Source: an uncultured Planctomycetota bacterium
Lineage (GTDB): Bacteria > Planctomycetota > Planctomycetia > Isosphaerales > Isosphaeraceae
Direction of reading: 5' to 3'
Length of the DNA: 64,000 nt
NCBI GenBank assembly: GCA_963845755.1
Contig: CAWJTV010000005.1
Coordinates: 544,001 to 608,000, forward strand
Positions 53,701-62,779 of this stretch are shown here, piece after piece (position 1 is the stretch's first letter; each line of letters starts with the position of its first letter). A program made the translations under genes and the position numbers. The notes beneath the pieces were generated by a model. It saw only the letters and a list, made by a program, of their open reading frames with translations. It did not search any database and was not told where the DNA came from.

Positions 53701-53900
53701 GCCAGGCGTTCGCCGCAGCTCGCAAGCGCGATCCCGCGGCCAATCACAATGCTCAATCGATCGTCATTCATTCGCTGCATCGTCCCGGAGCTCCCGGCAT
53801 CGATCCGACCGCGGCCAAGGTCGGATCGTCCCGATCACCGGCGGCTCCAAAGGTTCCAGGTACGTCGTCGCCATCATCGATATCGGAGAGCGGACAATGA
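50739..53900 (+). CDS. Membrane-anchored pentaheme c-type cytochrome with TPR domain
   Basis: About five N-terminal helices; CLKCH, CAGCH, CTSCH, CSTCH and CVECH; C-terminal TPR-like repeats. Confidence 0.88.
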   Translation: MTVQVNPMRDRKGRAYTPAVGPRLRPLLWIILISFAVLGANGFYLASVTALTWYLGTTQQTFFYMLMIALHLLLGFLLVVPFLIFGFVHLATSWKRPNRGAVRYGLALLAVALVILISGLILVRIGDFQVRDLRVREVGYWLHVLTPLLAIALYVKHRLAGPMIRWHWARRFGVAVAGFVVLMGVLHRADPLAFGVKGPKEGKRYFYPSEAMTANGKFISARALMMDEYCLKCHEDAYNGWFHSAHHFSSFNNKAYLSSVRETRKVALERDGSTQAARWCAGCHDPVPFFSGEFDDPNYDDVNNPTSQAGITCTSCHAITNVNNTRGNAPYTIEEPEHYPFAYSDDPILQWINNALVKAKPEMHKKTFLKPVIKDAKFCSTCHKVGLPYGVNHYRDFVRGQNHYDPFLLSGVSGHGARSFYYPPVAKSDCVECHMELKPSADFAARDFDGKGGREIHDHLFIGANTGLATILGDQKTADKHARFLADKKLRIDIFGLRDGGAIEGNLLGPIRPEVPTLKPGGKYLVEVVVRTLNIGHLFSQGTVDSNEIWVELAARAGGRIIGHSGGKGPDDSVDPYSHFINVYMLDQKGNRIDRRNPQDIFVPLYNKQIPPGAGQVVHFALEVPPTEPGPITLEARVNYRKFDRTYLNYIFGEGKGPKLPVVVMASDTVQLPVEGGASAKNEPSPIELVWQRWNDYGIGLLLEGGNTGGQKGELKQAEGVFRKVADLGPADGWVNLARVYQKEGRIPEALGALEKAARHEKPAAPWVINWLTGEINERNAMLDEAIENYESVLNTKVPDRKLDFSLDYVVINELASTLYARSRIEPVKSPERLEYLKKTIAAYRRTLAIDSEDFTAHYGLGLAYGDPAWGDRSTGGPASEAGEKAAEVSSDAILKSASALADPKTRGNASARRDAGLRLARDVARFMDGPRPAYESRLEPLHDMVVILEPAWNNETDPAARAGLARALEMIHKRLHERLKPDETAEGQAFAAARKRDPAANHNAQSIVIHSLHRPGAPGIDPTAAKVGSSRSPAAPKVPGTSSPSSISESGQ

Positions 53901-55705
53901 GAAGCGGATCAATCGTAAGAATTGCGACGTTTGTTGGACTGGCGATCTCTCTCGAGGGACTGGCCGGCTGCGGACCGCCGATTGTGGCGCCCGTCATCGC
54001 CACGCCCGTGGCTCCAATCCGTCCCCCCGCAGTGAACGCCGAGACCCTGCCTAACGTGAGGTTCGTGGACGTCACGAAGGAGGCGGGAATCCACTTCGTA
54101 CACTACAATGGGGCGTTCGGCGAGAAGCTCTTGCCGGAGACCATGGGGGCGGGAGTCGCCTTCCTCGATTACGACCAGGACGGCGACCAGGACCTGTTCT
54201 TCGTGAACTCGTCCGCCTGGCCGAATCACGAGGTCAAGCCCGCCCCGACGCAGGCGCTCTATCGCAACGACGGCAAGGGGCATTTTGAGGACGTCACCCA
54301 GGCAGCCGGCCTGAATAAGACCTTCTACGGGCAGGGAGTTACGGTCGGCGACTACGACAACGATGGCGATCCCGACCTCTATGTCACGGCAATTGGCGGC
54401 GGACATCTCTTTCGCAACGATGGCAAGGGGCATTTCGAGTACGTCACTGAGCAGGCCAACGCCAGGGCCGTCAATGGCTGGCTCACCGGCGCGGCGTTCC
54501 TGGACATCGACAATGACGGTGATCTGGATTTGTTCATTGCCAATTACATCACGTGGACGCCCGAGATCGACAAGCTGCAGGGGTTCCAGCTCACCGGACT
54601 GGGACGGGCCTATGGCCCTCCCACGTCGTTCAGCGGCTCGTTTTGCGTGCTCTTGCGAAACGATGGAGGCCTGTTCACCGACATCAGCGAGTCATCGGGC
54701 GTTCAGGTTCGAACGCCCGACTTAAAGGTACCGGTCGGCAAGTCGCTGGGCGTGGCCCCTTATGACATCGACGGCGACGGACTGGTCAACATCGCCGTGG
54801 CCAACGATACGGTCCAGAATTTCCTGTTCCACAATAAAGGAGGCTGTAAGTTCGAGGAGATCGCTTATGTCTCGGGGGTCGCGTTCGACAAGTCGGGCTC
54901 GCCCCGGGGCGGAATGGGGGCCGACTGGGCGCCGATCCTTAATGATGAGCGCCTGGGACTGGCGATCGGCAACTTTGCAAACGAGATGATCGCGCTCTAT
55001 GTCTGCGACGAGCCGGCGACCCTGGCATTCGCCGACCTGGCCAACCTGTACGGCCTGGGGGCGCCAACGCAACCGCCCCTGAAATTCGGCCTCTTCTTCT
55101 TCGATTACGACCTGGACGGTCGGGCCGATCTGCTCTCGGCCAACGGCCACCTCGAACCCGAGATCTCCAAGGTCCAGGCCAGCGAGACCTATGAACAGCC
55201 GATGCAACTGTTCTGGAACTCGGGCAAGCCCGGCCGCACGCTCTACCTGGAAGTAAAGTCGCAGAATGCCGGTCCCGACCTCTTCAAGCCGATCGTCGGT
55301 CGCGGCAGTGCCTACGCGGACATCGATGGCGACGGCGACCTGGACGTGGTGGTCACCGTCAATAACGGATCGCCGCGGCTCTTCCGCAACGACGGCGGCA
55401 ACAAGAATCATTGGATCCGGTTCAAGCTGATTGGCGATGGCAAGGCGTCCAATCGGGACGCCATCGGCGCGAAAGTCGAGCTTAAGTCTGGCGGAATCAC
55501 TTGCACTCGCCAGCTCTTCCCGGCCAAAAGTTATTTGTCGTCCGTGGAATCGCCGATGACCTTCGGCCTGGGCAAAACCGACCACGTGGATGAGCTAACG
55601 ATCCGATGGCCATCCGGCAAGGTCTCGACACGGACCGACCTCAAGGTCGAACAGGACGCATCGCATCGAGGAAGGCAAGAATGCCCAGTGATTTCGCATT
55701 TCTGA
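53897..55705 (+). CDS. CRTAC1 family / FG-GAP + ASPIC-UnbV lipoprotein (true stop probably 55691)
   Basis: LAGC lipobox; repeated DYDxDGDxDL motifs; NRDAIGAKV..SYLS..FGLG..IRWPSG; start overlaps the upstream stop (ATGA). Confidence 0.9.
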   Translation: MRSGSIVRIATFVGLAISLEGLAGCGPPIVAPVIATPVAPIRPPAVNAETLPNVRFVDVTKEAGIHFVHYNGAFGEKLLPETMGAGVAFLDYDQDGDQDLFFVNSSAWPNHEVKPAPTQALYRNDGKGHFEDVTQAAGLNKTFYGQGVTVGDYDNDGDPDLYVTAIGGGHLFRNDGKGHFEYVTEQANARAVNGWLTGAAFLDIDNDGDLDLFIANYITWTPEIDKLQGFQLTGLGRAYGPPTSFSGSFCVLLRNDGGLFTDISESSGVQVRTPDLKVPVGKSLGVAPYDIDGDGLVNIAVANDTVQNFLFHNKGGCKFEEIAYVSGVAFDKSGSPRGGMGADWAPILNDERLGLAIGNFANEMIALYVCDEPATLAFADLANLYGLGAPTQPPLKFGLFFFDYDLDGRADLLSANGHLEPEISKVQASETYEQPMQLFWNSGKPGRTLYLEVKSQNAGPDLFKPIVGRGSAYADIDGDGDLDVVVTVNNGSPRLFRNDGGNKNHWIRFKLIGDGKASNRDAIGAKVELKSGGITCTRQLFPAKSYLSSVESPMTFGLGKTDHVDELTIRWPSGKVSTRTDLKVEQDASHRGRQECPVISHF

Positions 55706-55762
55706 TCGGTCGTGTCGAGAGTTCATCCCCTGCGAACCCACACGGGAGGCGATGAGGACATC

Positions 55763-56026
55763 ATGGCCGCCAAAGAGAAACTGCACCGAGAGACCCTCAG
55801 GGCCGCGCTCCGAGTGATCCAGACCGCAGAGACCTTGGAGCAGGCGAGAATCCAGTTGGCTCGCATGCTGAACGTCTTCGACAAACTTGAGAAACAGGGC
55901 CTCAAGAGCGACGCCGCGGTCCGTGAGGCCGAGGCTCGTCTGAATATGAGCCCACCACCCAAGACGTCCATCGCCGACCAGCAGCCGATCCGCCGCCGCG
56001 TCCCTGATAAGGACGCTCCGGCCTGA
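55763..56026 (+). CDS. Small hypothetical protein
   Basis: GAGG RBS then ATG; helical, protein-like composition. Confidence 0.55.
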   Translation: MAAKEKLHRETLRAALRVIQTAETLEQARIQLARMLNVFDKLEKQGLKSDAAVREAEARLNMSPPPKTSIADQQPIRRRVPDKDAPA

Positions 56027-56521
56027 GTCCACTCGATTCGAGGCATGCCAGCCGGACGCTTAGACCCCACCAAGGGCAAGCTTTCGCGCACCGTAGCGGA
56101 AAAGGGAAGGGAGTGATCGTCTAGGCCCAAACTGGCAGAAGTTTGTCAGGTGCATCTCGAGATCGGACAGACCATCTGGCTCTTTGGTTCAAGCCGAAAT
56201 CAACGAATTTCCCGCGCCTCGGCATTCACCCGTTGGATCGAGACTTTATGAATAATCCGCAAGTCCGGTATTCTCCTGACGATTCGATCGAAAGACGCAG
56301 AAAAGTCGATCAGATGGCCCGGTCGAGCACGATAAGACGTATAGATAGAAGAAGAGCCCGTTGCGGCCGGTGACGGAAGTGCATTCTCGTGCGGTCGATC
56401 AGTGGCTCGTTGCCCTTTGTCAACATCCATTTCCAGGGGGGTTGTCTTCTCGTACGCGCGTGCAATAATTGTTTGATGGTTGCACAACTTCGAGATGATC
56501 TCGACGAACAAGGGGATGGCG

Positions 56522-57892
56522 ATGTTGAACATCCTCGGGCCGAAACGAAAAGGCTATTGTGATGGCGTGACGCGGCGCGACTTCCTGAAGCTCGGGGGGC
56601 TGGCGCTCGGAGGCTTGTCACTGCCGGGTTTGCTGCGTGCCGAGGAGCAGGCGGGAATCCGCCGGTCGCACAAGGCGGTCATCATGATCTTCCTGGCTGG
56701 AGGTCCGCCTCACCAGGACATGTTCGACCTCAAGCCCGATGCGGCCGAGGGCATCCGCGGCGAGTATCGGCCGATCCCGACGAACGTGCCGGGACTGGAA
56801 ATCTGCGAACACATGCCCCGCCTGGCTCGGATCATGGATAAACTTGTGGTGATCCGTTCGATCGTCGGAGCCGGCGGCGACCATTCGGCCGGCCAATGCC
56901 TGACCGGGTACAAGGACCTCGTGAGCAAGATGCAAGGAGGTCGCCCGAGTCTTGGTGCATTGGTCTCGCGGCTCGAGGGGCCGGTCCATCCGGATATTCC
57001 CCCGTTCGTCGGGCTATCGCCGCGGACAGGGGAGCCGAGATGGGGCAATCCTGGCGACCCCGGCTACCTGGGGCTGGCGCACGCGCCATTCACGCCGTTC
57101 CGCACCGAGACTAGACGGGGCAAGGCGGGTCCCGGCGGGGCCGGACTGAGCCTGGATCCCAACGCAATCACCTCGACGCGACTCTCCGTCCGGCGTTCGC
57201 TCCTGGGTCAGCTCGACGGGTTTCGCCGGGCTTTCGACCACGACGATGCCGTCCGGGGACTCGACAGCTTCACTCAGAGAGCCTTCGAAGTTCTGGCTTC
57301 GCGAAAGGTCTATGATGCGCTCGACACGACCAAGGAAGATCAACGAGTCCGTACTCGATATGGCGTCGGGGATATGACCAACGAGCAGGACGGTCCGCCC
57401 TGTTGCATGGACCACTTCCTCATGGCTCGGCGATTGGTCGAGGCGGGTGCTCGCGTCGTGACGATCTCATTCGGTCGCTGGGACACGCACAGCAACAATT
57501 TCAAGACCAATCGCGTGCGCATCCCCAAGCTCGACATGGCCCTATCGGCCCTGGTCGAAGACCTCCACGACCGCGGTCTGGATAAGGACGTCTCGGTCGT
57601 CGTCTGGGGCGAGTTCGGCCGCACGCCGACGATCAACAATCGCGCGGGCCGAGATCACTGGCCCCCGGTCAATTTCGCCCTGCTGGCCGGCGGCGGGATG
57701 CGGACCGGCCAGGTCATCGGCTCGACGGACAAGGAAGCCGCCTACGTCAAGGACCGGCCCGTTTCCTTCCAGAATGTGTTCGCGACGCTGTACCATAACC
57801 TCGGCATCGACCCCGAGACCACCGTCTCCGATCGCGGAGGGCGCCCGATGACGCTTCTCGACCACCGTGAGCCGATCCGGGAAATCGTCTGA
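56522..57892 (+). CDS. DUF1501 domain protein with twin-arginine motif
   Basis: TRRDFLKLG, IFLAGGPPHQDMFDLKP, ARRLVEAG, WDTH and GEFGRTP..GRDHW motifs. Confidence 0.92.
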   Translation: MLNILGPKRKGYCDGVTRRDFLKLGGLALGGLSLPGLLRAEEQAGIRRSHKAVIMIFLAGGPPHQDMFDLKPDAAEGIRGEYRPIPTNVPGLEICEHMPRLARIMDKLVVIRSIVGAGGDHSAGQCLTGYKDLVSKMQGGRPSLGALVSRLEGPVHPDIPPFVGLSPRTGEPRWGNPGDPGYLGLAHAPFTPFRTETRRGKAGPGGAGLSLDPNAITSTRLSVRRSLLGQLDGFRRAFDHDDAVRGLDSFTQRAFEVLASRKVYDALDTTKEDQRVRTRYGVGDMTNEQDGPPCCMDHFLMARRLVEAGARVVTISFGRWDTHSNNFKTNRVRIPKLDMALSALVEDLHDRGLDKDVSVVVWGEFGRTPTINNRAGRDHWPPVNFALLAGGGMRTGQVIGSTDKEAAYVKDRPVSFQNVFATLYHNLGIDPETTVSDRGGRPMTLLDHREPIREIV

Positions 57893-57955
57893 ACCCAGAG
57901 ATGGCACGAACCGAGCGGGGATGGCATTCTTGACCGTAAGCCCCGGGAGTCGCGG

Positions 57956-58627
57956 ATGGGCCATCAAGAACTACTCATGCGACTGAGTACCGCAGCCTTG
58001 CTGGGAAGCTTGATCGGCCTGGAACGCCAGCGCCTGGATAAGTCGGCGGGACTACGGACGCACATGCTCGTGAGCGTCGGATCGGCGCTCGTGATGATCG
58101 TCTCGACGTATGGTTTCGGCGCCGTCCTGGCGCCGGGGAGAGTGGTCCTGGATCCCTCGCGGGTCGCGGCCCAGGTGGTCAGCGGGATCGGATTCCTCGG
58201 CGCCGGCGCCATCCTGAGGAAGAACGAGACGGTGCACGGCCTGACCACGGCGGCCAGCATCTGGACGGTCGCGGGAGTTGGCCTGGCGGCCGGAGGGGGC
58301 CTCTACCTGGCCGCGGCATCGGCGACCGGCCTCATCCTCCTCATCCTCGCGGCCATCAAGCCCCTCGAGGATCGTCTCCTCGGCCACGATCGAAAGCGGA
58401 TCCTCACCATCATCGCCAGCGATCGGATCACCATGGCCGAACTCGAGACGTGCGCCCGGACGAACGGAGTCGACCTGCTCGGGATTCGTCTCCGGCGCGT
58501 CAAGAAGTCCGATATTCGTCAGATTGAGATCGCATGTACGCATGTTAATGAACCGGATATGGCACGACTCTTCGACGCGATCCAGAGCGTCGAGGGCGTG
58601 CATCAGGTCCGTCTCGGCTACGACTGA
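57956..58627 (+). CDS. mgtC: MgtC/SapB family protein
   Basis: IGLER..AGLRTHMLV..DPSRVAAQVVSGIGFLGAG..GLTTAASIW. Confidence 0.92.
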   Translation: MGHQELLMRLSTAALLGSLIGLERQRLDKSAGLRTHMLVSVGSALVMIVSTYGFGAVLAPGRVVLDPSRVAAQVVSGIGFLGAGAILRKNETVHGLTTAASIWTVAGVGLAAGGGLYLAAASATGLILLILAAIKPLEDRLLGHDRKRILTIIASDRITMAELETCARTNGVDLLGIRLRRVKKSDIRQIEIACTHVNEPDMARLFDAIQSVEGVHQVRLGYD

Positions 58628-58829
58628 CGCACCATCCGAAGGCGGCATTCCAGAGCCGTTCGCGGTGGTCCCACCTGTTCTCTAGAGAAAGGTCCTCGAG
58701 TGCACCACGCAAGGGTGGCGCACTCGACATGCCTGCGCCGCGGCACGCGCAGCCCCTTGGTGGAGCGCTCTCGAGCGGAATCCGGCAATGCGAAATCGGG
58801 ATCGCCGTTCGATGGCGGCCGGAGCCACC

Positions 58830-60305
58830 TCAGGTTGAGGAGCCCGGCGTACCGGGTCGTGCGGCCGTACCTCCGGCGGGTCTTGACGCGGGCTGGTATC
58901 GCCGAATGCCCATCTCCTCGAGCGGACTGAGCCGATGACACGGCTTCCCGGCGCGGTATCGTTCGAGGCAAGACTGGTAATATCGCTTCACGGAATCCTG
59001 GCTTGAACCGAGCTCGATGGCCTTCTGCTGCCAACGTACCGCGCCGGAGAAGTCCGCACATTCCGCATAGGCCGCGGCCAGGGCGGCCAGCGGACGCGCC
59101 TCCTTCCATTGCGTCAATTCGCAGGCCCGAGTCGCGGATGTCACGGCCTTCGGCCCGTCCCGCAGTTTCTCATCCGGGCACGTGGCGAGCATCCAGGCGC
59201 GTTCCAGATGGGCGTCCTTATCGTTGGGCGTGATCCGCAGCGCCGTCTCCACGTCGGCCAGGGCCTGATTCCAGTCGCCCATCTGAGAATGAACGGCACC
59301 GCGATTCCGGAGATACTCCGTCTGTGCCGGGTCGATTCGGATCGCGTTGTTCAGATCCTCCAGTGCCATTTTGGGTTCGCCCATGGCGAGATAAGCGGTG
59401 GCTCGCCCGCCATAGGCCGGCCCTTTCTCCGGATCGATCTCGAGGGCCTTCTTGAAGCTCGACACCGCATCGATGAGTCGAGATCGCATCAACTGAATCG
59501 AGCCTATCGCGATATAGGCATCCGCGTTCTTGGGGTTGACCTTCAGGGCGCTATTGAACTCGGCCTCGGCCTCGGCCAGTTCCTTTTGCTTCAAGAGAAT
59601 CATGCCCTTGGAAATGGGAACGTAAACCGATCGGGACCCCAGCTCGGCCGCGCGCTCGAAATCGTTGAGGGCCTGCCGGTACTCCTTCAAGCAATAGCGG
59701 AAGACTCCGCGTTCCACGAATGCTTCGCTCGAGCGCGGGTCGGTCTGGATCGCCTTGTTGACGTCCGCGAGGGCCAGATCCATTCGGTTCCGAAGTTGCC
59801 ACAGGAACGCGCGTTCGATCCAGGCTGAGACGTTGCGCGGATCCAGCCGGATGGCCTGATCCAGATCGGCGAAGGCTTGGGTCAGGCGGTCATTATCCTG
59901 ACAAACGATGGCCCTCATGAGATACGCGAAGGAATTCGCCGGCTCGAGATCGATCCGCGTCGTGAAGTAACCTTCCGCCAGATTGTATTCGATCACGGCG
60001 TCACGTGGAACCCATCCGAGCATGCCCTGGCTTGCCAGGGAGATCAGGAAGAAGTCTCCTTCCGCGCGCTCGATCCGATAGACGAAACCGGCTCGGCACG
60101 GAACCAACGTGGCAGTCCCGTTCCTGAGAAAGAAGTTCGGAGTCCTCTGCACCACGTCTCGGGGATGGACCAGTAGGTTCTTGGACTTCGGCCGGGCCCG
60201 GTAGGTGACCTTGATCTCGTCGATGGGCTCCGAAGCGCGAAGGGGCACGCAGTGCGCGAGGCCGACGACCACGGCCATGAACCAGAACCGGGAACAGGAT
60301 CGCAT
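58830..60305 (-). CDS. Secreted TPR-repeat protein with N-terminal SH3-like domain
   Basis: Signal peptide, GWVP motif, many TPRs, AWMLATCPDEKLRDG..ACELT..LAAAYAE C-terminus. Confidence 0.88.
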   Translation of the reverse strand: MRSCSRFWFMAVVVGLAHCVPLRASEPIDEIKVTYRARPKSKNLLVHPRDVVQRTPNFFLRNGTATLVPCRAGFVYRIERAEGDFFLISLASQGMLGWVPRDAVIEYNLAEGYFTTRIDLEPANSFAYLMRAIVCQDNDRLTQAFADLDQAIRLDPRNVSAWIERAFLWQLRNRMDLALADVNKAIQTDPRSSEAFVERGVFRYCLKEYRQALNDFERAAELGSRSVYVPISKGMILLKQKELAEAEAEFNSALKVNPKNADAYIAIGSIQLMRSRLIDAVSSFKKALEIDPEKGPAYGGRATAYLAMGEPKMALEDLNNAIRIDPAQTEYLRNRGAVHSQMGDWNQALADVETALRITPNDKDAHLERAWMLATCPDEKLRDGPKAVTSATRACELTQWKEARPLAALAAAYAECADFSGAVRWQQKAIELGSSQDSVKRYYQSCLERYRAGKPCHRLSPLEEMGIRRYQPASRPAGGTAARPGTPGSST

Positions 60306-60386
60306 CTCGTGACTCCTTTTCCGAAAAAGGCGGGCCGCAGGATCGACGGCCGCACGAGGCCCTTCCAACCCAAGTCATCCGGGTGT

Positions 60387-60805
60387 TCATTCGGTCGATA
60401 AACTCATCGGGAGATGAGTCTTCCATCCCATCTCTTCGCGCGGATTCGGCGAATGGTACGGTTTCTTCGCGGGTAGCGGGATAAGTCTCGTGCGATCTGC
60501 GCACGCTCGGGGCATTCTCCGCGAGGAGCGAGAGAGCTCGCTCCTGCCACTGGATGGCGGCTACGAAATCCTCGGTCTGGGATGTCCCAGCCTTGGGGCA
60601 GGATCTTTTCCTTGGCATCCCACAGCGCGAAATCCGGCGTCATCTGGACCACGACCGACCCGGGCTTGAGATCGCTCGCCCGTCGTGCCGGTACTATGAG
60701 TTCGAGATGGTCTCCCTCGCCGGCTGGTAGTGCCCGGACACCCTCCGCGAGGAGAACGACCGCGCGCACGAATGCGACGAGACGCATTCTGGAGATCGAT
60801 ACCAT
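60387..60805 (-). pseudogene. Internally deleted paralog of the adjacent TPR gene
   Basis: Signal peptide and VVQMTPDFALWD joined directly to EDFVAAIQWQERALSL..LSRY..KKPYH..EEMG across frames. Confidence 0.6.
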
Positions 60806-60955
60806 GTCCGGAATCCTTTCCGGGGAATCGGATCCATCGACTTGCCGGTCAATATCGCGAGGAAGGTCGGATTGGGCAAGGTGAAAATCTTCGGGGCCCT
60901 CGGCGGATTGTTACGAGGCACCGCTACGGGCGCCGAGTACTTCAGTCTCCCAACG

Positions 60956-62293
60956 TCAGAGTAGCTCCGCTGCCGAGAGGGGATCGTCGAGGATCTCATC
61001 AACCGGCGGCTTCCCGGCGAGAATTCGGCTCTCGGGTTTCGCCGGACGGACGAGACCAGCCAACCAGAGACTGAGGAGCGTCGCGGCGACGGCGATCATG
61101 CCGACCTTGTCGAAATTCTCGAGCGTCCCATCGGGGGCCTTCACGAGTATGATTCCTCCGAGTGCCGAGCCCAGACCCGTGGACAGATGTTGCATGGCCG
61201 AGTTCGCACTCATGAACCCACCTCTGCGCCGCGCCTCGACGCTGCCGGTGACCATCGCCATCGCTGCGACCATCCGCCCGGCGTTGCTGAGCATCAGGAG
61301 TCCGACCACAGCCACGGCAACGAACATGGAAACGTGTGGCAGGTTCGTCACGACGATCATCAAGAGGGCGGAGATGATCGCCACGACGCGATAGACCCGC
61401 AACTTGCCATAGTGATCGGCCAGCCGGCCGATGACCGGCGCCCCCACGAGGGTCAAGATACCGCCGGTGACATACACCCACGGCAGGTTCTTCTCCGGCA
61501 CGACGTCGTTCGCGACCAGGTAGGCGGCGATATAAGGGATCACGGCGAAACCTCCCAGCATCAGCGTCACGATCAAGGCGAACGCCCTCAGATGGTTGGG
61601 GTGGCTGAACGTCTCGCGGATCTGGCGCAGCGGGTGGACATGAGGACCATGGTGAAGGTGATCGCGCAGGGGTGGCAGGACACGGAGTCCGGCGAGCAAG
61701 ACCGGAAGTCCCAATGCGGCGAGGATCACGAAGGGGACGTTCCAGCCATACGACGTACCCAGGTAGAGCCCGATCGGCACTCCGACCACCGAGGCGATGG
61801 CGAACGCCGACATCAAGATGCCCGTCGCCCTTCCCCGGCGTTCCTCCGGGAAGACGTCACCGATGATTGCCAGGGACATCCCGCCCAGAATGCCGCCGAA
61901 CGCGCCCGTGAGCACCCGCGCCGCCAGGAGCGCGGGATACGTGCTGACGAGTCCGCACAACAGGGTCCCGACCAGGAAGCCCGTATAAAGCGTCAAGAAT
62001 GCAGACTTGCGGCTGAACCGATCGAGGAACGAAGAGGCCAGGAACCCGGCGATGCCGGCACTGATTGTGTACGAGGAAACGATCAGGCCGAACTGGGCTG
62101 GCTTGATGCCCAGCGTTCGCATCAACTGCGGACCTAGCGGCATCACCACCATGAAATCGACGATGCTGGTGAACTGAACCGAGGCGAGCATGAGCAGCAC
62201 GATCACCTCGCCGCGCCGGCCGATGGGCGCGGTCTTGGGTTCCGACGGGGGATGGTACGCTGAATCGAGGTTGCTGTCCCAGAGATCGTCCAT
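60956..62293 (-). CDS. MFS transporter (DHA1-like)
   Basis: About 12 helices; FLDRFSRK and GRLADHYGK (motif A), ARVLTGAFGG, RRGRATG. Confidence 0.92.
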   Translation of the reverse strand: MDDLWDSNLDSAYHPPSEPKTAPIGRRGEVIVLLMLASVQFTSIVDFMVVMPLGPQLMRTLGIKPAQFGLIVSSYTISAGIAGFLASSFLDRFSRKSAFLTLYTGFLVGTLLCGLVSTYPALLAARVLTGAFGGILGGMSLAIIGDVFPEERRGRATGILMSAFAIASVVGVPIGLYLGTSYGWNVPFVILAALGLPVLLAGLRVLPPLRDHLHHGPHVHPLRQIRETFSHPNHLRAFALIVTLMLGGFAVIPYIAAYLVANDVVPEKNLPWVYVTGGILTLVGAPVIGRLADHYGKLRVYRVVAIISALLMIVVTNLPHVSMFVAVAVVGLLMLSNAGRMVAAMAMVTGSVEARRRGGFMSANSAMQHLSTGLGSALGGIILVKAPDGTLENFDKVGMIAVAATLLSLWLAGLVRPAKPESRILAGKPPVDEILDDPLSAAELL

Positions 62294-62779
62294 GGATTTC
62301 CTTTATTCAAACTCGGAGGAATTAGCCGACTTTCTCACCCATTTTATGCGTTTGGGCAACTACGGCATTCTCGGTCGCCGGAGGGACTTGTCTCCGACAA
62401 ATGCCGTTCCTGATCGGAGAATCCGTCGGTGTACTGGCTGTCCTGCGTCAGGGGTATGTTATAATTCGTGGTGAACGGGGAGCCCCACTCGGCCGCTCCC
62501 GGTTTCGGACCGGCGAGAGCAGACTCGATCGAGCCTGTGATTCGTCGAGCCCGCTTTGAATGGATGTAGCTACCTGGAATAGCAACGACGGAGCGGCGCG
62601 CGAGATTTTTTGTGGTCGCAACCATGAGCCAGCCTCTCCGGATACACGACAGACGCCCGATTCCCTCGACCTGAGCGGGGATCGCCTCGTCTCGACCCAC
62701 GTAACGATCCGGATTCAGCTCAGCCGGCACCGCGACGACAGACTATCACGCGACGCTCCGAAGCGGGAGGAAGTCGTCC

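Noticed and set aside
56027..56520. Gene or ncRNA in the lower-GC gap before DUF1501
   Set aside because: No recognisable motif, repeat or convincing ORF.
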